Origin: Chloroflexota bacterium
GTDB lineage: Bacteria > Chloroflexota > Anaerolineae > J102
Length of the DNA: 64,000 nucleotides
Reading direction: 5' to 3'
Assembly (NCBI GenBank): GCA_041918515.1
Contig: JAYRVO010000064.1
Location: 23,050 to 87,049, forward strand
Shown: positions 51,528 through 62,893 of the stretch, in pieces
Position numbering within the stretch: the stretch's first letter is position 1
Layout: each line of letters starts with the position of its first letter
Notes under the pieces: generated by a model
Database searches by the model: none
Seen by the model: only the letters and a program-made list of their open reading frames with translations
What the model was told of the DNA's origin: nothing
Made by a program: the position numbers and the translations under genes

Positions 51528-54500
51528 ATGCGCCTCAAAAAGCTCTACCTCCACGGCTACAAAACCTTCGCCAACAAGACCGAACTCATGTTCGATGACG
51601 GCGTCACCGCCATCATCGGCCCCAACGGCTCCGGCAAATCGAACGTCGCCGACGCCGTGCGTTGGGTGATGGGCGAACAATCCTACACAACCTTGCGCGG
51701 CAAGAAAACCGAGGACATGATCTTCAGTGGCTCCAACGAACGCGCGCGCATGGGCATGGCCGAGGCCGTCCTCACCCTCGACAACACCGACAACTGGTTG
51801 CCGCTCGACTTCAGCGAAGTCGTCATCGGGCGTCGCGCCTACAGATCGGGCGAGAACGAATATTTCCTCAACGGCCAAAAAGTGCGGTTACGCGACATCC
51901 AGGAAATCCTCGATCGTTCGGGGCTGGGGCGGCGCACCCACCTGGTCATCGGCCAGGGCCTCATCGACCAGGCCCTCGCCTTGCGCCCCGAAGACCGCCG
52001 CGAGCTATTCGAAGAGGCGGCGGGGATCACCCACTATCGCCACAAGCGCCGCCAAACCCTCGAACGACTGGAGCAGACGCACGAGAACCTGATGCGCGTG
52101 CGCGACATCATCGCCGAGATCGCCCCGCGCCTGCGCCAGCTCGAGCGCCAGGCCGAGCGCGCCCGTCAATACGAAGAGATCAGCCGCGAGCTGCGCCAAT
52201 TGCTACTCACCTGGTATGGCTATGGCTGGCATCAGGCCCTCGGCCGCCTGGTCGATGCTCGCGGCGCCGTGGCCCAGTGGCAACTCGTGATCGCGCGCAC
52301 GCAGAGCGCCATCGAAACCCACAACACCCACAGCCTGGCCTTGCGCCAGCGCCAGATCGAACTGCGCGCACAGTTGGCCGAATGGCGCCGGCAACTGAGC
52401 GGCCACGCCACGGCCCGCAACCACTTGGCGCGTGAGCAGGCGGTGGCGCAAGAACGACTGCGCGGGCAGCAAATCGAAAGACAGCGGATGCATGACGAGC
52501 GCGAGGTGCTGGTCTCCCGCGGCCAGGGTGAAGCCGGGCGCCTGGCCGAAGCCGAAGCCGCCCTGGCCACCATCCTCGCCCAGCGCCAGGAACACCAACA
52601 GCACCTGACGCGGGCGCGCAGCGAACTGAACGCCCTGGAAAACGACCGTCATCAGACCGACGCCGATCTTGCCGCGGCCCGACGCAAACACCTGGACTTC
52701 AGCGCCCGGCTGGCCGACCGCGAAAACCGCATCGCTCAGGCCAAAGAGCGCCGCCAGGCCATTCAGTCCGAACGCGCCGCCGAACTGACCGCCGCCGAAG
52801 CCGCCGCCGCCGAAGTAGCGCGACTGGAAGCCGATTTCGCCGCGGCCGGCGCCGAACTACGCGACCTGGGCGCGCAGATCAGCACCTTGCGCCAGCGCCA
52901 CCACGAAACCGAGAAACGACGCTTGGATCTGACCGCCCAGCGCAGTCGCCAAGAAAGCCAGCGCTCCGAGTTGGACGCGCAGACGCGGGCCTTGCGCGCC
53001 CGCTTCGATCTGCTCGACCGCTTGCGCGCCGAGGGTGAAGGGCTTTTTGCGGGCGTGCGACAAGTCTTGGCCGCCAGCCAAAAGGGGCGGCTGCAGGGCG
53101 TGCTCGGGCCAATGGCCACGCTGCTTGACGTCCCCGACCATGTCGAACAGGCCATCGAGGTGGCGCTGGGAGCGCGCATCCAGGACATCGTCGTCGCTAC
53201 GTGGGAGGACGCCGAGAACGCCATCGCCTATCTCAAAGAAACTCAGGGCGGGCGCGCCACCTTCCTGCCGCTCGACCACCTGCGCCCCTCGCCGCGCCCC
53301 CGCCTCCCGCGCGACCCCGGCGTGCTTGGCTGGGCCGCCGACCTCATCGGCCACGACCGCGTCGTTGGCCCCGCCGTCGAACTATTGCTCGGCCAGGTTC
53401 TCGTCGTCTCCGATTTGCCAACGGCGCGGCGCGTCTTTCGTGGCGACGAACGCGACCGCCACCGCATCGTCACCCTGGAAGGCGACTTCGTGCATCCCGG
53501 CGGCAGCGTCAGCGGCGGCAGCCGCGAGCGTCCGTCGCAACAAAAGGGGGGAATGCTGGGGCGCGAGCGTGAATGGCGGGCGCTTCCCGGCCAGATCGAG
53601 GAGATGCTGGGGCGAGGCAAAGCGCTCAGCCAGGAGATCGAAGGGCTGAATCAGGCAGGTCGGGCGGTGGATGAACAGCTGACGGAGCTGGTGAGACAGG
53701 CATCGGCGCTGGGCGAGACCGAGCGTGAGCGCACCGCCCACCTGAGCCGGATGCAGAACGCCAGCGACCGCGCCCGCCAAACCGAAGCCTGGCGTCGCGA
53801 ACGCGCGAGCAAGTTGGCATTGGAATTGGAGAATCTAGGGCGGCAAATGGCCGGGCTGCGCCAGGAAAGCGATGAGTTCACGGCCCAACAAGAGCAGACC
53901 GCCCACCGCATGGCCGCGCTGGAAGAACGCCTGGCCGCGCTCAGCACCGCCGGTTTGGTGCAGGCTGTGGCCCAGGCCCAGGCCCGGTTGGATGCGGCCG
54001 AGTCTACCCGGCGCAGCCAGCAGGCCCTGGTCGATAGCCACCGCGCCAATCTCCGGCAGACCGAGGCCGAATTGGCCGCGCGCGGGCAACGCGCCGAGGT
54101 GCTGGCGCAGGAAATCACGGCGCTGGAGAGACGCATCGAGGAATTGCAGGCGCTGTATGCCGAGGCGGAGAGTGTGCATCAGGCGATTAGCAGCCAGATC
54201 GAGCCGGCGCAGGCCGAGTTGGATGAGCTGGAACAGGGTTGGGGCGAGCAAGAGCGGCAGGGCGAGACGCTGCGCGGTCGTCTGCACCAGGAAGAATTGC
54301 AGATCAATCAAGCGCAATTGGCGCAGCAACGAGCGGAGGATCACCTGACTTATTTGCGCAGCCAGATCGAGCATGATTTCGGGCTGGTGGCGATGGAGGC
54401 GGGAGCCGGTCTGCCGGCGCAAGAGCCATTGCCATTCGATCAGATCGTCACCGCGCTCCCCCGCGTAGCGACGTTGCCACTCGAGACCGAAGCCGAGATT

Positions 54501-55142
54501 CATCGGCTGAAGGGTTTGCTCAGCCGCCTGGGGCCGATCAATCCCGGCGCCCAGGCCGAGCACGCCAGCACGCGCGAACGGCACGATTTTCTGACCCAGC
54601 AGGCCGCTGATCTGGAAGAGGCAAGCGCGCAGTTGCAGAAGGTGGTGGGCGAGCTGGATCAACTGATGGATATGGAGTTCCGGCGCACGTTCGAGGCGGT
54701 GGCCAAAGCCTTCACGCGCTATTTCACCCGGCTGTTTGGCGGGGGGACGGCCAAGCTGTTGCTGACCGACGCCGATAACCTGAGCACGACCGGCGTCGAG
54801 ATCGTCGCCCGCCCACCCGGTAAAAAAGCCGCCAACCTGGCGATGCTTTCTGGCGGCGAGCGCGCCCTGACCGCGGCCGCGCTTGTTTTCGCCATTCTCA
54901 GTGTCAGTCCCACGCCTTTCTGCGTGCTGGATGAGGTGGACGCTGCCCTGGATGAGGCCAATATCGGGCGCGTGCGCGAGGTGCTGTTGGAACTGGCGCG
55001 GGCGGCGCAGTTCATCCTGATCACACACAACCGCGGCACAATCGAGGTCGCCAACACGATCTACGGGATCAGCATGGGCGCCGATAGCGTCTCGCAGGCG
55101 CTGTCGCTCAGACTGAAAGGGGATCGGTTGGAGGCGGGGTAA
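51528..55142 (+). CDS. smc: chromosome segregation protein SMC
   Basis: N-terminal Walker A (GPNGSGKSN), long coiled coils, a hinge (GVLGPMATLLDV), and C-terminal LSGGERALTAAAL plus Walker B. Confidence 0.92.
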   Translation: MRLKKLYLHGYKTFANKTELMFDDGVTAIIGPNGSGKSNVADAVRWVMGEQSYTTLRGKKTEDMIFSGSNERARMGMAEAVLTLDNTDNWLPLDFSEVVIGRRAYRSGENEYFLNGQKVRLRDIQEILDRSGLGRRTHLVIGQGLIDQALALRPEDRRELFEEAAGITHYRHKRRQTLERLEQTHENLMRVRDIIAEIAPRLRQLERQAERARQYEEISRELRQLLLTWYGYGWHQALGRLVDARGAVAQWQLVIARTQSAIETHNTHSLALRQRQIELRAQLAEWRRQLSGHATARNHLAREQAVAQERLRGQQIERQRMHDEREVLVSRGQGEAGRLAEAEAALATILAQRQEHQQHLTRARSELNALENDRHQTDADLAAARRKHLDFSARLADRENRIAQAKERRQAIQSERAAELTAAEAAAAEVARLEADFAAAGAELRDLGAQISTLRQRHHETEKRRLDLTAQRSRQESQRSELDAQTRALRARFDLLDRLRAEGEGLFAGVRQVLAASQKGRLQGVLGPMATLLDVPDHVEQAIEVALGARIQDIVVATWEDAENAIAYLKETQGGRATFLPLDHLRPSPRPRLPRDPGVLGWAADLIGHDRVVGPAVELLLGQVLVVSDLPTARRVFRGDERDRHRIVTLEGDFVHPGGSVSGGSRERPSQQKGGMLGREREWRALPGQIEEMLGRGKALSQEIEGLNQAGRAVDEQLTELVRQASALGETERERTAHLSRMQNASDRARQTEAWRRERASKLALELENLGRQMAGLRQESDEFTAQQEQTAHRMAALEERLAALSTAGLVQAVAQAQARLDAAESTRRSQQALVDSHRANLRQTEAELAARGQRAEVLAQEITALERRIEELQALYAEAESVHQAISSQIEPAQAELDELEQGWGEQERQGETLRGRLHQEELQINQAQLAQQRAEDHLTYLRSQIEHDFGLVAMEAGAGLPAQEPLPFDQIVTALPRVATLPLETEAEIHRLKGLLSRLGPINPGAQAEHASTRERHDFLTQQAADLEEASAQLQKVVGELDQLMDMEFRRTFEAVAKAFTRYFTRLFGGGTAKLLLTDADNLSTTGVEIVARPPGKKAANLAMLSGGERALTAAALVFAILSVSPTPFCVLDEVDAALDEANIGRVREVLLELARAAQFILITHNRGTIEVANTIYGISMGADSVSQALSLRLKGDRLEAG

Positions 55143-56047
55143 TGTTGGATTTCAGTTTCAGCCGGCCGCCGTTGCGCCAAATGATGCCGTTGGTCGTGGT
55201 CGGGTTGTGGGGGTCGGCGATCTTCGTGGCGGCCCTGGCGATGCGCGATATCGGGCCGCTGGCGACGGCGTTCTGGCGTTGGTTGGTGGCGCTGGCGCCC
55301 CTGTGGACGTTGTTATTGGCGTCGGGCCAGGGACAGGATGTCTGGAAGACATTTCGTCGCCGCCCGCGCACCTATCTGTTTCTGGGGCTGACCGGCATTG
55401 TCCTTCTCTACGCCTGCCAGAATCTGGCGCTGCGCTATACGACCGTCTTCAACACCACTTTTCTGATCAATCTGACCCCGATTTTCATCGTGCTGTTGGC
55501 GGTTTTCTGGCTGCACGAGCGCCCGCGCGGGTTCACACTGGTTGGCATTGGCGTGGGCGTGGGCGGAGCTATCCTGTTGTCCGGCGGTTCCTTCGCCGAT
55601 TTCCGGTTGAGCCTGAGTTCACTCGGTGGGGATGCGTTGGCAGCTGGGGCGGCATTGGCGGCTGCTATTTACACCGTGTATGGAAAGCGGACGACTGGCG
55701 CTGCGGTCAAGGTCACGCCGCTGACAATGCTCACGCTCGCCGTCACTGTGGGTGTGGTGGGCTTGCTGCCGTTGGCGCTCTACGAAGGTGATTTTTGGCC
55801 CCAGCAACCCCTCACCTGGCTCTGCTTGCTGGCGCTTGGCTTGGGCGCCGGCGCGCTGGGCAATACATGGTGGCTGCACATGCTGACCACCACCCCGGCT
55901 GCGCACGCGGGCGTGTATCTGTACGCGACGGCGCTGGTCGGTTCGGCGCTGGCGGTGCTGGTCTTGGGCGAGCCGCTGACAGTCTGGATTGTGATCGGCG
56001 GGGCGCTGATCTTGGCAGGGGTGTGGTTGGTGCAACGGGGGCAGTAA
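55142..56047 (+). CDS. DMT superfamily (EamA-type) transporter
   Basis: Ten TM helices and duplicated EamA-like halves. Confidence 0.8.
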   Translation: MLDFSFSRPPLRQMMPLVVVGLWGSAIFVAALAMRDIGPLATAFWRWLVALAPLWTLLLASGQGQDVWKTFRRRPRTYLFLGLTGIVLLYACQNLALRYTTVFNTTFLINLTPIFIVLLAVFWLHERPRGFTLVGIGVGVGGAILLSGGSFADFRLSLSSLGGDALAAGAALAAAIYTVYGKRTTGAAVKVTPLTMLTLAVTVGVVGLLPLALYEGDFWPQQPLTWLCLLALGLGAGALGNTWWLHMLTTTPAAHAGVYLYATALVGSALAVLVLGEPLTVWIVIGGALILAGVWLVQRGQ

Positions 56048-56069
56048 AGGTCCGCAACGGAAAACGAAG

Positions 56070-56093
56070 GGCCTGGCAGAGATGCCAGGCCCA
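56070..56093. terminator. hairpin between convergent genes
   Basis: gggcctggcagagatgccaggccc, a perfect 9-bp stem. Confidence 0.4.
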
Positions 56094-56120
56094 GGCGCAT
56101 GGTTGTTCCTTGATCGGAAG

Positions 56121-56384
56121 CTAGGCTGGGGCCAGCGCCGTGTCTGCTTCGGCGAGGGCGGGCAACATGCCCTCCAGCACCTTCTCCATCGCCATGGTGT
56201 GACTGCATACCCCGCGCTGGAGGAAGAAATCGCAGTTGCAGTCCCAGCGTCCCACGTTGTACGTCACGGTGTGGTCGCGGTGATCGCCGGTAAACACCAC
56301 AGTGAACGACCGGAAGTGCATCCGATCCCGCTCTTCCGCATACTTTTTGGCCTTCATGATCTTGCTGATCATCGCTGAATCCAT
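56121..56384 (-). CDS. SWIM zinc-finger small protein
   Basis: CNCDFFLQRGVCSH is a CxC..CxH SWIM motif. Confidence 0.5.
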   Translation of the reverse strand: MDSAMISKIMKAKKYAEERDRMHFRSFTVVFTGDHRDHTVTYNVGRWDCNCDFFLQRGVCSHTMAMEKVLEGMLPALAEADTALAPA

Positions 56385-56589
56385 GCAAAGCCTCCTGGTA
56401 AAGCAACAGGCACCGGCGCGAAGGTGCGGGTGCCTGTCAGATGAGTGTGTCGAAAGGGGAAGTAGCCATTTTCACGTTGGTTTTTCCTCATGGCTCAGGC
56501 CTTGTCAGTCAAGCCTGATAAATGCAGTATAGCGCTGAGGGGGTGCGCTGTCAAACCCCCGGCGCGGACGCCCGCCCTACGTTTGCCCT

Positions 56590-56740
56590 ACGGGGGGATT
56601 GGTTATTGGTTATTGGGGATCAGCAATTCCAAATTTGTGGACGCGGATCGAAAGAACACGGATTCTTGGCCATAAAACTATCCGTGTTTCCCCCATCCGT
56701 GTCCACAAGGAGATTGGAGATTAGGGATTGGGGCATGTCT
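56590..56740. repeat. composite element: ggttattgg repeats plus a GTGGACGCGGAT-family palindromic unit plus ggagattgg repeats
   Basis: ggggattggttattggttattgggg..caattccaaatttgtggacgcggatcgaaagaacacggattcttggccataaaactatccgtgtttccccc is related to the 100-bp unit at 60221-60547. Confidence 0.7.
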
Positions 56741-57563
56741 ATATCCTCATCTGTGCGCGGCGATAGAGGTCGCGGCGGGGGAGGCCGGTGAGGGCGGAGA
56801 GGAGGCGTGCGGCTTCGGGTGCGGGCAGGCCGCCTGCCAGCAACGTCTGCAGGGCCATCTCGACATCTTCGGCCAGGGCGGGGGTGGTTGCGGCTGGCGC
56901 GCCGCCCACCAGGACGACGATCTCGCCCAATGGTGGTTCGATAAAGGCGGCGCTGGCGTCGGCGACCGTTCCCCGCCAGAAAGTCTCGTGCAGCTTGGTC
57001 AATTCGCGGGCGATGACGAGGGGGCGGTCGGGGCCGAGGTGGGCGGCGATGTCGTGCAGGAGGGCGGGCAGGCGTTGGGGGGATTCGAACAAGATGAGGA
57101 CGCCCGGTTCGGCGGCCACGGCGCGCAAGAGGTCGGCGCGGGCGGTGGCTTTGCGCGGGGGGAAGCCGAGGAAGAGGAAGCGGTCGGTGGGCAGGCCCGA
57201 AGCCACGAGCGCGGCCAGCACGGCGCTGGGGCCGGGGATGGGGGTGACGGCGTGGCCGGCGGAGAGGGCGGCGCGGACGAGTTTGTAACCGGGGTCGGAG
57301 AGGGTGGGCGTGCCGGCGTCGCTGATCAAGGCTACGTCTTGGCCCCGATCCAGGATGGCGAGGATGGCGGGGATGCGGCTGTCTTCGTTGTGTTCGTGCA
57401 GGCTGAGCAGGCGTTGGTCGATGGCGAAGTGTTCGAGCAGCCGCCCGCTGTGCCGGGTGTCTTCGGCGATGACCAACGATGCCTCAGCCAGGACGCGCAG
57501 CGCCCGCAAGGTGATGTCTTCGAGGTTGCCGATGGGCGTGGAGACGAGGTAGAGCGTTGCCAT
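56739..57563 (-). CDS. rsmI: 16S rRNA (cytidine1402-2'-O)-methyltransferase
   Basis: MATLYLVSTPIGNLEDITLRALRVL.. tetrapyrrole-methylase-like RsmI signature. ALISDAGTP motif. Confidence 0.85.
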   Translation of the reverse strand: MATLYLVSTPIGNLEDITLRALRVLAEASLVIAEDTRHSGRLLEHFAIDQRLLSLHEHNEDSRIPAILAILDRGQDVALISDAGTPTLSDPGYKLVRAALSAGHAVTPIPGPSAVLAALVASGLPTDRFLFLGFPPRKATARADLLRAVAAEPGVLILFESPQRLPALLHDIAAHLGPDRPLVIARELTKLHETFWRGTVADASAAFIEPPLGEIVVLVGGAPAATTPALAEDVEMALQTLLAGGLPAPEAARLLSALTGLPRRDLYRRAQMRI

Positions 57564-59029
57564 CACAGGTAGCCCAGGCTGCGCAGGTGCCGTTCCAGGC
57601 CGGGGTCCAGGGTGGCGGCCGGGGCTTCGTCGCGAGCGCTCAGCCGAGCGGCGGCTGCGGCGGCTGGGGTCAGCGAGGAGAGGCGGGCGTCGAGCGCGGC
57701 CGCAAGGTCGGCGACGCGCTGGGGTTGGGCCGCGGCCAGGTCTTGGCATTCGCCGGGGTCGTCCTCCACGTCGTAGAGTTCGCTCTCGCCGCGGCTGCTG
57801 CGGATGAGCTTGTAGCCGCCGCGCACGAGCGCATCGAAGGTGCGGTCGTAGCCTTTGCTGGCGGGGTCGAAGCGGGGATGGCGGCGGGCGAAGCGATGGC
57901 GGTGGGGGGCGGTGTATTGGATGATTGCGAATTGCGAATTGCGAATTGCGAAATCGGAGGAGAGAAGGGAGCGGCCGGGGAGGGCTTCGTCCTGAGGCTT
58001 CGTCCCGAGGCTCAGCCCGAGGGGCTCAGCCCGAGGGGGGGGACGGTGGTCGGGGGGGGCGGCGGCGAGGTCGAGGAGGGTGGGGAAGAGGTCGGTGTGT
58101 TGGACGGGGGCGTCGTCGTCGCCGGGGGGGAAGACGCTGGGGTAGTGGATGAGGAGGGGGACGTGGGCCAGGCTGTCGTAGACGCAGTATTGGTGGTCCA
58201 TGAGGCCGTGGTCGCCGATGTTTTCGCCGTGGTCGGCGGTGACGATGATCATCGTGTTTTCCAGACCGCCGACGGCGCCGAGGAAGTCGAGCAGCTCGCC
58301 CAGTTTGTGGTCGACGTAGTTGATCTCGGCGTCGTAGAGGGCGCGCAGGCCGAGGAAGTCGAGGTCGGTCATGGGGATTTCGCCGGCCATGTAGGCCCAG
58401 GCGTCCTGGTTGGCCTGGCGGGCGCGGCGCAGGGCGGCGGGCTGTAAGAGGCGCTCGGCGTAGCCGGGGGGCGGCTGGTAGGGCAGGTGGGCGTCGAGGT
58501 AGAGGCCGAAGAGGAAGAAGGGGCGAGCGGGGTCGCGTTCACGCGCCCACCAGCGCTGCACATAGGTGTTGAGTTTGGCCGCGCCTTTGTCGTGGCGTTC
58601 GAACACGCGCTTGCGCAGGGCTTTTTCCCAGCGAGGGAAGGGGAGGCGGCCCTGGCTGGGGAGCAGCCGCCAGAGTGAGTAGAAGCGCTCGAAGCCTCGG
58701 TCGAGGCCGAAGTGCGGTCCCACCCAGGCGTTGGTGGAGAAGGCCGCCGTCTGGTAGCCCAGTTCGCGCAGGGCGGCGGCCAGGGTGGGGAGGGCGGGGT
58801 CAAGAAGGCGCTGCTCGACATTGACGCCGTGTTGGCGGGGGAAGAGGCCGGTGAAGAGGCTGGCGTGGCTCTCCAGCGTCCAGACAGAGGCGGCGCGGGC
58901 CTGGGTGTAGCGCCGGCTGGCCGCGGCCAGGTTATCGAGGCGCGGGGTCACGGGCAAGGGATTGCCGTAAGAGCCGAGGCCATCCGCGCGCACGCAGTCG
59001 AGGACGAGGAGGAGGAGGTTGGGGGGCAT
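57563..59029 (-). CDS. sulfatase family protein (alkaline-phosphatase superfamily)
   Basis: LLVLDCVRAD (Cys/Ser for formylglycine), ADHGE motif. Contains in-frame inserts PRAEPLGLSLGTKPQDEA and FAIRNSQFAI (from ttgcgaa repeats). Confidence 0.75.
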   Translation of the reverse strand: MPPNLLLLVLDCVRADGLGSYGNPLPVTPRLDNLAAASRRYTQARAASVWTLESHASLFTGLFPRQHGVNVEQRLLDPALPTLAAALRELGYQTAAFSTNAWVGPHFGLDRGFERFYSLWRLLPSQGRLPFPRWEKALRKRVFERHDKGAAKLNTYVQRWWARERDPARPFFLFGLYLDAHLPYQPPPGYAERLLQPAALRRARQANQDAWAYMAGEIPMTDLDFLGLRALYDAEINYVDHKLGELLDFLGAVGGLENTMIIVTADHGENIGDHGLMDHQYCVYDSLAHVPLLIHYPSVFPPGDDDAPVQHTDLFPTLLDLAAAPPDHRPPPRAEPLGLSLGTKPQDEALPGRSLLSSDFAIRNSQFAIIQYTAPHRHRFARRHPRFDPASKGYDRTFDALVRGGYKLIRSSRGESELYDVEDDPGECQDLAAAQPQRVADLAAALDARLSSLTPAAAAAARLSARDEAPAATLDPGLERHLRSLGYL

Positions 59030-59572
59030 CTACTCCTCCGGCCTCTTCGCCTCCAACTCCGCCAGCTCCTCCAGCAGCCCTGCCGGCGCTTCCGGCCCCA
59101 GCAGGCGCAGCACCAGTTCCACCCGCCGGCGGTTGCGCAGCTCCACCTCGTACTCTTCTTGCCAGCGCTCAGGGTCGCGGGCGCGCTGGTCCAGGTAGTA
59201 CTTCCAGTTCTTGACATAGCTGTCCAGCTCGCGCTTGAGCTTGGCCGTCACCTGCGCGGGATAGCGGCGCCGCGCCGCGGCCCAGGCTTCGCTCACGGCG
59301 GCCAGACGGCGACGGTCGCCCGGGCCCAGGTCGGCGGCTTCGAGTTGCTTGAGGCGTTCGTACAGCCCGCCCAACGTCATCTTGGGTTGTCGCTCGCCCA
59401 GGGGCGTGGCCACATCGATCTGCCAGAACAGCCGGTTGCTGAGCAGATAGTCCACCAGCTCGCCGGCCATGGCCTCGACCTCGAGCAGGTCGGCGGCCAG
59501 GTCGGGTGAGGAATCGCAGGAGGGAAAGGGCGACGGGGGTCGGGAGCCGAAGAGGCGTTGGAGCCAGTTCAT
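59030..59572 (-). CDS. hypothetical protein
   Basis: 180 aa, helical and charged. No motif assigned. Confidence 0.45.
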   Translation of the reverse strand: MNWLQRLFGSRPPSPFPSCDSSPDLAADLLEVEAMAGELVDYLLSNRLFWQIDVATPLGERQPKMTLGGLYERLKQLEAADLGPGDRRRLAAVSEAWAAARRRYPAQVTAKLKRELDSYVKNWKYYLDQRARDPERWQEEYEVELRNRRRVELVLRLLGPEAPAGLLEELAELEAKRPEE

Positions 59573-59581
59573 GATCAGACA

Positions 59582-60019
59582 TCACCTTTCGAGAAGAATG
59601 GTCACCGGCCCGTCGTTCACCAGGCTGACCTGCATCTCGGCCTGGAAGACGCCGGTGGCCACGGCCAGACCCTGCGCCCGCAGGCTGGCGACGACATGCT
59701 CGACCAGTGGCTCGGCCACGGCGGGAGGCGCCGCCTCGGTGAAGGAGGGGCGGCGGCCTTTGCGCGCGTCGGCGTAGAGCGTGAACTGCGAGACGACGAG
59801 CACTGTCCCGCCCACGTCGGCCAGGGCCAGGTTGGTGAGGCCCTGCTCGTCCGCGAACAGGCGCAGCGTGGCGATCTTGCTTGCCATCCACTCGGCCTGC
59901 TCGCGGCCATCGCTGTGGGTCACGCCCAGCAAGACCAGGTAGCCGCGCCCGATGGCGCCGACGATGTGATCGTCGACCGTGACCGAAGCGGCGCTGACGC
60001 GCTGGATGACGGCTCGCAT
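59582..60019 (-). CDS. dtd: D-aminoacyl-tRNA deacylase
   Basis: [22 protein letters not shown] and the C-terminal NDGPVT motif. Confidence 0.9.
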   Translation of the reverse strand: MRAVIQRVSAASVTVDDHIVGAIGRGYLVLLGVTHSDGREQAEWMASKIATLRLFADEQGLTNLALADVGGTVLVVSQFTLYADARKGRRPSFTEAAPPAVAEPLVEHVVASLRAQGLAVATGVFQAEMQVSLVNDGPVTILLER

Positions 60020-60034
60020 GGGTGCAGTTTAGCA

Positions 60035-60180
60035 GTCAAGGTGACAGGGTGACAAGGTGGCAGGGTGACAAGGTGGCAGGGTGACAGGGTGACAGGGTGA
60101 CAAGGTGACAAGGTGACAGGGTGACAAGGTGACAAGGTGACAAGGTGACAAGGTGATAAGGTGATGGGGTGACAAATCAT
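60035..60180. repeat. GGTGACAA/GGTGACAG octamer array (about 17 units)
   Basis: caaggtgacagggtgacaaggtggcagggtgacaaggtg...gtgacaaggtgataaggtgatggggtgacaaatc. Confidence 0.9.
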
Positions 60181-60204
60181 CCGTTCCTTCGCTGCACTCA
60201 GGAC

Positions 60205-60548
60205 AAGGTTTTCCCTATCTGCGTCCACAGATTGACCACACGCAGAGCAATTCCAAATTTGTGGACGCGGATGGAAGGAACACAGATTTTTGACCAAGAA
60301 CTATCCGCGTTTCCCTATCCGCGTCCACAGATTGACCACACGCAGAGCAATTCCAAATTTGTGGACGCGGATGGAAGGAACACAGATTTTTGACCAAGAA
60401 CTATCCGCGTTTTCCTATCCGCGTCCACAGATTGACCACACGCAGAGCAATTCCAAATTTGTGGACGCGGATGGAAGGAACACGGATTTTTGACCAAGAA
60501 CTATCCGCGTTTCCCTATCCGCGTCCACAGATTGACCACACGCAGAGC
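60205..60548. repeat. 100-bp tandem repeat, about 3.4 copies, each with an internal 12-bp inverted repeat (atccgcgtccaca / tgtggacgcggat)
   Basis: The motif gcgtccacag recurs at 60221, 60321, 60421 and 60521. Unit identity is above 97%. The array abuts the glmS stop codon. Confidence 0.9.
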
Positions 60549-60549
60549 C

Positions 60550-62397
<1,848 letters not shown>

Positions 62398-62439
62398 AGC
62401 GTTTCTCCGTTGGTAAAAGTGGATGGTGAGGAGGCCACA

Positions 62440-62662
62440 GCCTGACCGCCGCGGGCGCGCGTTCGCAGCATCCCGCTCGAGCAGGCAACGTTGGTACTGG
62501 GAGAAGAGACGTCCGGGTGTGGCTTCCCGGGGAGGCATCCGCCGATCTTTCGCTTTTCCCCGCTGGGACGATCCCAGGGGTTGGCTCACACGCGTGTGTG
62601 AGAACCTCCACCTCGTCTACTGCGCCCGCCTCAGGCGAGTTCGTCGCAGCACTGGCGCTTCG
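62440..62662 (-). ncRNA. glmS ribozyme (GlcN6P-responsive self-cleaving riboswitch) in glmS 5' UTR
   Basis: The minus strand reads AAGCGCCAGUG..UAGACGAGGUGGAGGUU..AUCGGCGGAUGCCUCCCCGGGAAGCC. It matches the conserved glmS core blocks AGCGCCAG, GACGAGG(A/U)GGAGGUU and CGGCGGAUGCCUCCCGG in the correct order. It lies immediately upstream of glmS. Confidence 0.75.
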
Positions 62663-62893
62663 TCTGCTCCACTGGTTCGATTCATCAAGATATAGGCGTC
62701 TCCTAAACGTGAAACAGCCTGCCCTGAGTGCGTTGTACTCAACGCCGTCGAAGGGTGAGGCGTGAAAATTTCCGATGTTTTCTCGCGTCTCACGAGCGAT
62801 GAAGGCGATTATACTTCCGAGCCGCCGTCGGGGGCAAAGAACGGCGGCTGACCATGACCGAATCCCATTTTCGCCTGCCATCATCACCAGGTC

